DNA from: Eledone cirrhosa
Taxonomy: Eukaryota
NCBI GenBank assembly: GCA_964016885.1
Contig: OZ024765.1
Location: forward strand, 4,030,001 to 4,094,000
Direction of reading: 5' to 3'
Length of the DNA: 64,000 bases
The notes beneath the pieces are model-generated. The model was not told where the DNA came from and searched no databases. It saw only the letters and a program-made list of their open reading frames with translations. A program made the translations under genes and the position numbers. Every line of letters begins with the position of its first letter. Within the stretch, counting starts at the first letter, position 1. Positions 54,590 through 64,000 of the stretch are shown in pieces.

Positions 54590-55403
54590 GCAACAACAAC
54601 AACAACGACAACAACAGTGTGAACCACTCCTTGATTCATCAACAATGGCCGATCTACTAAATGAAACTATTGACCCCCCAGTAGCCTCTGTCTCACAGCA
54701 TGAAACGCCACATCCTTTCTCTGGCCCAGCAGTCCAATCATCACCACTGCCAACATCTCTGCCTACTACTACTGCTACAACATTTCTGTCTACTGCTATG
54801 TCAAGGAATTTACCTTCTAATACCAGAACAAGAACTCTCCCTCCCACAGTCCACAAAGGTCGTCAAATCCTACCCAAACCATCATCTACACCTCTCACAA
54901 CACACACACCCACATACCCACCCACTCGAAACCCCATCATTTGCCGCTACTCTCTACGCTATAGAATATGTACGGATAGTGGCTGCAAATTCACCCATTT
55001 ACCTAGGACAAAACGATCTATCCCCACAAACAGCCACCACCATAATACATACTCTAATTTAACACCAACACAACCACCAATAACTCAAACAAGGAATCCA
55101 CAAATCTGCCGCTTTTCCCTGCGAGACAGATTGTGTTTAGACCGGGATTGTCCCTTTACCCATCTCCCGGGGACCCGTCGGACAAATGAAAATAAAATTA
55201 AAAATAAAAGCAAAAACAAAAACCATAACCTACATAAAAATAACCACTACCACAGTCACCAACAGTCTTCTAAACAGGAAACTTCTTCCTCTTTTTTAGC
55301 CATAATGAATCTGGCAAAAGAACTGGAAAAAAACATTCGAGCTATCACCCAGCACCACCCTCCACTGTCACCCCACTGCACAAACTCCCATTGCTGCCAT
55401 TAA
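54249..55403 (+). CDS. LINE ORF1 protein: Myb/SANT-like N-terminus, polyQ, Pro/Thr-rich linker, two CCCH zinc fingers
   Basis: Intact 384-aa [17 protein letters not shown]...[13 protein letters not shown]; CAA tract 54507-54617; C-x8-C-x4-C-x3-H at 54942-54998 and 55107-55163. Confidence 0.8.
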
Positions 55404-58400
55404 CAAACAAACAAATTAACAACACACCAAAACAATTAAAACCATCCACTCTCGCCTCTACATTTTTGCTTAACGCCCAAGGCATCAGCCCTTCCACCAA
55501 TACTCAAAAATGGAAGATCAAATTCCTGGAGGACTGGATTGATGTCCATCCAAACCACATCCCTTTCTTCGTCCTCACTGAAACCCATCTCAGTAACCTC
55601 CACTTGGAAGCCGAGGTGAAAGTGAAAAATTTCAAAGCCATCCGTGCTGATCGCGCTGGCAGAAGAAAGGGCGGAACTGCCATTTATGTCCATAATTCTT
55701 TCTCAACCGAGGCTATGAACATATTCACTAATGGATACTGTGAAGCAGTCACTGTATTTAGTCAAACCAACAACCTATTAGTAGTTGGGCTCTATAGGCC
55801 ACCCCAAACGCCTGTACCATGCTTCAAGGAATGCCTCAACAGCATAAAGTGTTTCATCCAAGAGTGTCACCCTGACAACATCTTAATGATGGGGGACTTC
55901 AACCTCCCCGGAGTTGACTGGTCCACAAACAGCCTGCCACCAGGTTCTTCTGCCTCAACCTCTGACAGGGAAGCTGTGGAATCGCTTCTTGACTTCATGG
56001 ATGATTTCTTCCTATCCCAACTGGTGCTCGAACCAACGAGGTGCCACAAAAACGTCCTAGACTTAATTTTCAGCAATCACACTGACAATATCCACAATAT
56101 TGCAGTGGAGAAAACTCTACTCTCTGATCATGACATGGTTCTCTGTGATCTGAGATTCCACCGTCCAATATACAAACCCAATGTCATCTCTCCTGTCCAT
56201 CCGTTTGACGCTATGGATTTCCACAATGCAAACTGGGAAGCGATCAGTCATGATCTTGCACATGTCGACTGGTCCTTCACGCACATTCATACACCCACTA
56301 ACATCAAAAAGTCCTGACAGACATTTGTGGACACTGTTACAAACATATGTGCTAAACACACCCCATTAAGAACTAAAAACAAATCTAAGAGCAGAATCCC
56401 TAGAAATAGAAAAACGCTCATCAGAAAAATTAAGAGAACGAACAAAAAAATCAACAAGCTGAAATACTGTCAGCAGCAACACATCAACTTGACTGCCATT
56501 TCATCACTAGAGATTAAAAAACATAACCTCCAAAACAACATAATGTCCCTCATCAACAATCAGAGAAGAGCTGAAGAGGCCTGGGCCATTGAGAAGATCA
56601 AACTCAATCCCAAAGTGTTCTTTTCATTTGCAAAAAAACACAAAATCACTGGCTCTACTGTTGGCCCTCTAATTGATGAAAATGGCACTCTTCAAGACAA
56701 TGCTAAAACCATGGGTGAGATACTGCAGAAACAATACTGCTCTGTTTTCAGCAATCCTGATATGGCTGATCTGGGCTGTATCGGCGATGTTACTCCCCAT
56801 TACACCTTATCGGACATAACGTTTGGCGCCCCTGATGTCTTGGCGGCAATAAAGGAAATCAAGCATAATTCAGCAGTAGGTCCCGATAGGTTCCCTGCTT
56901 GTGTCTTGAAGGCGTGTCAACACCAACTTGCATCTCCTCTTGCCAATCTGTGGCGGAACTCACTGGATGCTGGATATGTGCCAGAAAACCTTCTATCCCA
57001 GTTTTCAAAAAGGGAAACAAATCCCTTGCCGTGAATTACCGTCCAATCTCACTCACCTCTCATATCATTAAGGTATTTGAGCGAGTGGTGAGATCGCGAA
57101 TGACCCACTTCCTTGAGAGGAACAATATGCTGAACTCCAACCAGCATGGATTCCGTAATGGAAGGGATTGCCTGACGCAGCTACTGCATCACTTTGATGA
57201 CATTTTGAGAGCCTTGGGAGAGGGTTCCAACACTGATGTTATCTACCTTGATTTCAGCAAGGCCTTTGACAGGGTTGATCATAACATTCTACTGAGAAAG
57301 CTGTCCAATATTGGTGTCACTGGAAAGCTGCTGCAGTGGATCAAGAGCTTCCTGTCAAACAGAACCCAACATGTTGTAGATGAGGGAGTCAAATATCAAG
57401 CCCAGCCAAAGTCAGTAGTGGGGTCCCACAAGGCACTGTGTTGGGCCCACTTCTCTTCATCATCTATATTAATGACATCACTGACATCATCAAACACAGC
57501 AACATTAAAATTTTCGCTGATGATTCCAAGCTCCAAAAGGTCATCAATGGCGTGGATGACCGGATAAGCCTTCAGTCAGACCTACTGGCTGTTACCCAAT
57601 GGGCAGAAAAGAACAACATGTTACTGAACGAAGACAAATTCGAACTGATCCACTTTGGAAAAGAGGATGCTCTGAAACTCCCGTACTCCCTTCCTTCCGG
57701 GGAAACTCTCGTGGCATCTAACAACATCAGAGACTTGGGAGTAACCGTGGACAGCAACATAAGCTGGACCACGCATATAAGCAGCAAAGTTGACATGGCC
57801 CGCAGAATGTGTTCCTGGATCCTCAGAACCTTCCAGTCGAGAGATTCCCGCACCATTATCCTTCTCTTCTCTACTTTTTCCCGACCACACCTTGAATACT
57901 GTTGTCCACTGTGGTCTCCCTACACGAAACAAAGTATCATGAAACTTGAAGCTCCTCAAAGGGCAATCACGAAAAAGATAGATGGCATGTCAGACCTTGA
58001 CTACTGGGGTCGATTAGAAAACCTGAAACTTTACTCACTCCAACGTCGCCGTGAGCGTTATATTATCTGCATGATGTGGAAAATGTTCCATCATCACTGC
58101 CCAAATGATGTTGGCATCGCCTTCAAGTTACACCCAAGGCTTGGGCCCCGTGCTATCCGTCCCATTCAAAAATCTAAATCGCAACTCATAACAACAATAC
58201 GGCACAATTATTTCACCTCAATCGGCCCTGCTCTCTTCAACATCACACCAGGACACGTCAAAACAGAAACTGACCACACAAAATTCAAGAAGTCTTTGGA
58301 CAAATTCCTCCAAGTAATCCCGGACAAACCACCCACACCCGGATATGTCTCCGCAAACAGTAATTCTCTTCTCGAATGGGCCATGGTGCCCAAATCCTGA
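55391..58400 (+). pseudogene. LINE ORF2 (apurinic endonuclease + reverse transcriptase), split by three frameshifts
   Basis: APE motifs LNAQG, TETHL, YRPP, GDFNLP, SDH. RT motifs [33 protein letters not shown]. Frame changes near 56310, 56995 and 57395. Confidence 0.95.
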
Positions 58401-58487
58401 ATTGAAAGACTTCGCCAGGTGGTGCTATTAAATTAGACATGGCCTGGGCCAATACTGGCCAAAACATTTCAAAGTTATTCAAAGTTA

Positions 58488-58556
58488 TATATATATGAAT
58501 GTATATATATATGTATATATATATATGTGTATATATATATGTATGTATATATATGT

Positions 58557-58629
<73 letters not shown>

Positions 58630-58790
58630 TATGTATGTATATATATGTATATATATATATATATATATATAATTATATATATATGTATATATATATATAT
58701 ATATGTATATATATAAATATATACATATATATGTAAATGTATATATATACGTATTTACATATATATATATATATGTGTGTGTGTGTGTAT
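58488..58790. repeat. (TA)n/(TATG)n/(TG)n microsatellite
   Basis: Direct inspection. Confidence 0.97.
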
Positions 58791-59233
58791 TATGTGGGTC
58801 TCAATATGTAAACTAAATGAAAGACAACAAAACGAAGAGTCTACTGAATGCTAGAAATGGCAGCCACTGAAATATTATAAATAATGATAGTTTTAGTGGT
58901 TAAACAACACTCAAATATATGCCATATTCAACAGTTTACCCTACAATACCTTACAAAACTGATGAAAAACCTCTTCAGCGGTTAAAAATACTAGAAATAG
59001 CGACTAAACATCCCTCAAATGACAGAGTAGTGACACTGGAAGTATTCAATGATATATATAATATACGAAGGTAGGCTGACCAGGTTACTCTCATGGAATG
59101 ACAAAATGTATGACAAAAATCGCAAAAATGGGTGCAAAAATTATTTCGAATTTCTTAGTAATTAATTGTTTGTATATTAAATAAATACATTGTTTACATG
59201 TACGAAGGTAGGCTTAAATGTTCATAGGCTCAC

Positions 59234-60280
59234 TATGAAGGAGTGATGCTAGGGCTGTGAAATCTTGCATGTTGAAAAATAAACCTCATTTGGTCATTCC
59301 ATGAGAGTATCTTGGTCAGCCTATGAAGGAGTGATGCTAGGGCTGTGAAATCTTGCATGTTGAAAAATAAACCTCATTTGGTCATTCCATGAGAGTATCT
59401 TGGTCAGCCTATGAAGGAGTGATGCTAGAGCTGTGAAATCTTGCATGTTGAAAAATAAACCTCATTTGTTCATTCCATGAGAGTATCTTGGTCAGCCTAT
59501 GAAGGAGTGATGCTAGGGCTGTGAAATCTTGCATGTTGAAAAATAAACCTCATTTGGTCATTCCATGAGAGTATCTTGGTCAGCCTATGAAGGAGTGATG
59601 CTAGAGCTGTGAAATCTTGCATGTTGAGAAATAAACGTCATTTGGTCATTCCATGAGAGTATCTTGGTCAGCCTATGAAGGAGTGATGCTAGAGCTGTGA
59701 AATCTTGCATGTTGAAAAATAAACCTCATTTGGTCATTCCATGAGAGTATCTTGGTCAACCTATGAAGCAGTGACGCTAGAGCTGTGCAATTGAAAAATA
59801 AACCTCATTTGGTCATTCCATGAGAGTATCTTGGTCAGCCTATGAAGGAGTGATGCTAGAGCTGTGAAATCTTTCATGTTGAAAAATAAACCTCATTTGG
59901 TCATTCCATGAGAGTATCTTGGTCAGCCTATGAAGGAGTGATGCTAGAGCTGTGAAATCTTTCATGTTGAAAAATAAACCTCATTTGGTCATTCCATGAG
60001 AGTATCTTGGTCAGCCTATGAAGGAGTGATGCTAGGGCTGTGAAATCTTTCATGTTGAAAAATAAACCTCATTTGGTCATTCCATGAGAGTATCTTGGTC
60101 AGCCTATGCAGGAGTGATGCTAGAGCTGTGAAATCTTGCATGTTGAAAAATAAACCTCATTTGGTCATTCCATGAGAGTATCTTGGTCAGCCTATGAAGG
60201 AGTGATGCTAGAGCTGTGCAATCTTGCATGTTGAAAAATAAACCTCATTTGGTCATTCCATGAGAATATCTTGGTCAGCC
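59234..60280 (+). repeat. 88-bp satellite, 12 copies (copy at 59762 is 79 bp)
   Basis: Same unit as 53139-53842. Confidence 0.98.
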
Positions 60281-60283
60281 TAT

Positions 60284-60365
60284 TCACACACACATATATA
60301 TATATATGTATGTATATATAGATATATATGAATGTATGTATATATATATATATGTATGTATATAC

Positions 60366-60400
<35 letters not shown>

Positions 60401-60404
60401 TGTA

Positions 60405-60443
<39 letters not shown>

Positions 60444-60571
60444 ATATATCTATATATATATATATATATGTATCTATATATATATATATGTATATATATA
60501 TATGTATATATATGTTTATATATATGTATGTATGCATATATATATGTATGTATGCATATATATATGTATGT

Positions 60572-60612
<41 letters not shown>

Positions 60613-60616
60613 TATG

Positions 60617-60679
<63 letters not shown>

Positions 60680-60694
60680 GTATATATATATATG

Positions 60695-60726
<32 letters not shown>

Positions 60727-60735
60727 TATGTATGT

Positions 60736-60776
<41 letters not shown>

Positions 60777-60804
60777 TATATATATATATAATTATATATA
60801 TATG

Positions 60805-60896
<92 letters not shown>

Positions 60897-61034
60897 AATA
60901 TATATGTATATATATATATAAATATATATATATGTAAATATATATATATGTATATATATATGTATATATATATATGTATATATATATATATGTATATATA
61001 TATGTATATATACATATATATATATGTATATATA
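60284..61034. repeat. ~750-bp (TA)n/(TATG)n microsatellite
   Basis: Direct inspection. Confidence 0.97.
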
Positions 61035-62321
61035 TTGATGACATTTTGAGAGCCTTGGGAGAGGGTTCCAACACTGATGTTATCTACCTTGATTTCAGCA
61101 AGGCCTTTGACAGGGTTGATCATAACATTCTACTGAGAAAGCTGTCCAATATTGGTGTCACTGGAAAGCTGCTGCAGTGGATCAAGAGCTTCCTGTCAAA
61201 CAGAACCCAACATGTTGTAGTTGAGGGAGTCAAATCAAGCCCAGCCAAAGTCAGTAGTGGGGTCCCACAAGGCACTGTGTTGGGCCCACTTCTCTTCATC
61301 ATCTATATTAATGACATCACTGACATCATCAAACACAGCAACATTAAAATTTTCGCTGATGATTCCAAGCTCCAAAAGGTCATCAATGGCGTGGATGACC
61401 GGATAAGCCTTCAGTCAGACCTACTGGCTGTTACCCAATGGGCAGATAAGAACAACATGTTACTGAACGAGGACAAATTCGAACTGATCCACTTTGGAAA
61501 AGAGGATGCTCTGAAACTCCCGCACTCCCTTCCCTCCGGGGAAACTCTCGTGGCATCTAACAACATCAGAGACTTGGGAGTAACCGTGGACAGCAATATA
61601 AGCTGGACCACGCATATAAGCAGCAAAGTTGACATGGCCCGCAGAATGTGTTCCTGGATCCTCAGAACCTTCCAGTCGAGAGATTCCCGCACCATTATCC
61701 TTCTCTTCTCTACTCCACTTTCGCCCAACCACACCTTGAATACTGTTGTCCACTGTGGTCTCCCCACACGAAACAAAGTATCATGAAACTTGAAGCTCCT
61801 CAAAGAGCAATCACGAAAAAGATAGATGGCATGTCAGACCTTGACTACTGGGGTCGATTAGAAAACCTGAAACTTTACTCACTCCAACGTCGCCGTGAGC
61901 GTTATATTATCTGCATGATGTGGAAAATGTTCCATCATCACTGCCCAAATGATGTTGGCATCGCCTTCAAGATACACCCAAGGCTTGGGCCCCGTGCTAT
62001 CCGTCCCATTCAAAAATCTAAATCGCAACTCATAACAACAATACGGCACAATTATTTCACCTCAATCAGCCCTGCTCTCTTCAACATCACACCAGGACAC
62101 GTCAAAACAGAAACTGACCACACAAAATTCAAGAAGTCTTTGGACAAATTCCTCCAAGTAATCCCGGACAAACCACCCACACCCGGATATGTCTCCGCAA
62201 ACAGTAATTCTTTTCTCGAATGGGCCATGGTGCCCAAATCCTGAATTGAAAGACTTCGCCAGGTGGTGCTATTAAGTTAGACATGGCCTGGGCCAATACT
62301 GGCCAAAACATTTCAAAGTTA
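61035..62321 (+). mobile_element. 3' part of the same CR1-like LINE (RT C-terminal half and 3' UTR)
   Basis: Near-identical to 57194-58477. GVPQGTVLGPLLF and FADD are in one frame; it has its own frameshift near 61715. Confidence 0.95.
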
Positions 62322-62325
62322 TATA

Positions 62326-62372
<47 letters not shown>

Positions 62373-62818
62373 GTATATATATATATGTATATATATATAT
62401 ATGTATATATATAAATATATACATATATACATATATATGTAAATGTATATATATACGTATTTACATATATATATATATGTGTGTGTGTGTGTATTATGTG
62501 GGTCTCAATATGTAAACTAAATGAAAGACAACAAAACGAAGAGTCTACTGAATGCTAGAAATGGCAGCCACTGAAATATTATAAATAATGATAGTTTTAG
62601 TGGTTAAACAACACTCAAATATATGCCATATTCAACAGTTTACCCTACAATACCTTACAAAACTGATGAAAAACCTCTTCAGCGGTTAAAAATACTATGT
62701 ATGTATGTATGCACATGTGTACATGTATGTGCATATGTAGATATGTGTGTATGTATATATGTGTATGCATATGTATGCATATGTGTGGGGACATAGAAAT
62801 AGTCGGGCTGGATACTTG

Positions 62819-62940
62819 TAGTATGGTAGTAATATAGTAATAGTATGGTAGTAATATAGTAATAGTATGGTAGTAATACAATAATAGTAAGGTAGTAATA
62901 TAATAGTATGGTAGTAATATAATAGTATGGAAGTAATATA
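62819..62940. repeat. 19-22-bp minisatellite TAGTATGGTAGTAATATA(GT)AA, ~6 copies
   Basis: Direct inspection. Confidence 0.9.
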
Positions 62941-62944
62941 ATTG

Positions 62945-63060
62945 TTTCTACTTTAGGCACAAGGCCAGCAATTACCCAGTGCATTACTGGTACTTTATTT
63001 TATCGACCCCGTAAGGATGAAAGGCAAAGTCAACCTCGGCGGGATTTGAACTCAGATCGT
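62945..63060 (-). mobile_element. tRNA-derived SINE fragment
   Basis: Minus-strand B box GAGTTCAAATCCCG. ACTGGTACTTTATTTTATCGACCCCGTAAGGATGAAAGGCAAAGTCAACCTCGGCGGGATTTGAACTC recalled as an abundant Octopus SINE core (not searched). Confidence 0.8.
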
Positions 63061-63402
63061 TAAATAATAAAACCTAATTATAAAATAAAAATATATTTTT
63101 AAAACGGAGGCCCTGAGGGTATGTAGCCCTAAGCTATAGCTTCCTGATAAATCTAGCACTGAGTGATCTACATGATAAACTATCACCCAGTACATAACTG
63201 TAAAGTGGTTGGTGATAGGAAGGGTATCCAACTCTAGTAAACTCACCAAAGGGTTAGGAAGGCTCTTCAACTATGGAAGGACATGGGGTCGTCCCTACTG
63301 TTGCTGCCATCATAAAATGCATGCAGTCTGTGATAACGTCCAGCCCTCATTAGCAGAGAAAAGTGCTTGAAAGAATAACGATGATAATATATATATAAAT
63401 AT

Positions 63403-63545
63403 ATCATCATCATCATTTTACATCCGCTTTTCCCTGCTTGCAAGGGTGGGACGGGAACTGATTCTGGCTTGATTTCTACAGCTGGATGCCCTTCCTAACA
63501 CCAACCTCATTTACAGTGAGTGCTGGGTGCTTTTTTGCCATGGCA
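63403..63545 (-). mobile_element. SINE/RTE-type 3' fragment with (ATG)n tail
   Basis: (CAT)n followed by CCGCTTTTCC...GGGTGGGACGG and GCTGGATGCCCTTCCTAACACCAACC. A related opposite-strand piece lies at ~63198-63230 (GGTTGGTGATAGGAAGGGTATCCA). Confidence 0.6.
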
Positions 63546-63604
63546 CCTCCACGACCACTTTGCAGTGGAATGATAGGGACCCCAGTCCCTATCATCTCAT
63601 TTCT

Positions 63605-63738
63605 ACAGCTGAGTAAACTGGAGCAATGTGAAATAAAGTGTCTTGCTCAAGGAAACAACACATCACCTGGTCTGAGAATTGAACTCACAACCTTTCAATT
63701 GCAAGCCCAATGCTCTAACCACTAAGCCATGTGCCTCC
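63605..63738 (-). mobile_element. tRNA-headed SINE 5' part
   Basis: Minus strand GGAGGCACATGGCTTAGTGGTTAGAGC...GAGTTCAATTCTC (A and B boxes) followed by a CORE/V-like CCTTGAGCAAGACACTT motif. Confidence 0.8.
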
Positions 63739-63812
63739 ATGTATATATATATATCTATGTCTTTTCAATTGTGTCTACATGCAAATAGAGCTATATTTTA
63801 CCTTTGCTATAT

Positions 63813-63843
<31 letters not shown>

Positions 63844-64000
63844 GCTCCATAAGCTATAGTGTGGGCAACCCGTCTAGGAGAGCTACCACACCGAATAAAT
63901 TGGAGCGGGATGGAGAAGTCCCCTAGGTCCAGTAAGATGACCTCCCTAGAGCTGGTGGCACGAATAAAAGCACCTGGTCCATGCTGTAAAATGGAGGAAA

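Larger units (their letters stand above)
54131..58487 (+). mobile_element. Near-full-length CR1/L2-group non-LTR retrotransposon, ORF2 frameshifted
   Basis: ORF1 followed by APE-RT ORF2, a short 3' UTR with GGCCA-ATAC-TGGCC stem-loop and (TTCAAAGTTA)2 tail; (TA)n on both sides. Confidence 0.93.
59118..62697 (+). repeat. Tandem segmental duplicate of ~53036-58993
   Basis: Same order: TIR leader, 88-mer array, TATTCACACAC junction, TA tract, LINE 3' part, TA tract, then ~200 bp of identical flank ending GGTTAAAAATACTA. Confidence 0.93.

Noticed and set aside
54416-58482. Minus-strand ORFs over the LINE (poly-Cys, poly-Val and others)
   Set aside because: Antisense shadows of the CAA tract and ORF2.
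53139-60280. 88-bp repeats as a CRISPR array
   Set aside because: Head-to-tail units with no unique spacers, no cas genes, eukaryotic context.
53754-61123. Y/I/M/C/V-rich ORFs (53754-54306, 58495-58736, 60280-61123)
   Set aside because: Translations of (TA)n/(TATG)n microsatellites.

Overview
AT-rich animal genomic DNA, probably a coleoid cephalopod (Octopus-like); this is inferred from SINE and mariner motifs recalled from memory, not from a search. Bases 1-52375 are a near-homogeneous tandem array of a ~4.5-kb unit (12 copies, the last truncated). No convincing long ORF lies in the unit. It is a mosaic of a CR1-type LINE fossil, a decayed SINE, a possible hAT MITE, two paralogous acceptor/stop/poly(A) segments with two TATA-plus-donor candidate first exons, and a cassette of four tRNA-like (A-box/B-box) modules arranged - + + - around a 62/63-bp inverted repeat. 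That cassette, amplified to about 45 modules, is the best candidate for an undescribed system. The array breaks inside the hairpin, at an 8-bp microhomology, into a ~1-kb foldback carrying an 88-bp satellite built from mariner ends. Next come a near-full-length frameshifted CR1-like LINE (ORF1 with Myb/SANT-like, polyQ and 2x CCCH), a tandem segmental duplicate with an internally deleted LINE, and SINE fragments. All alignments were done by eye.
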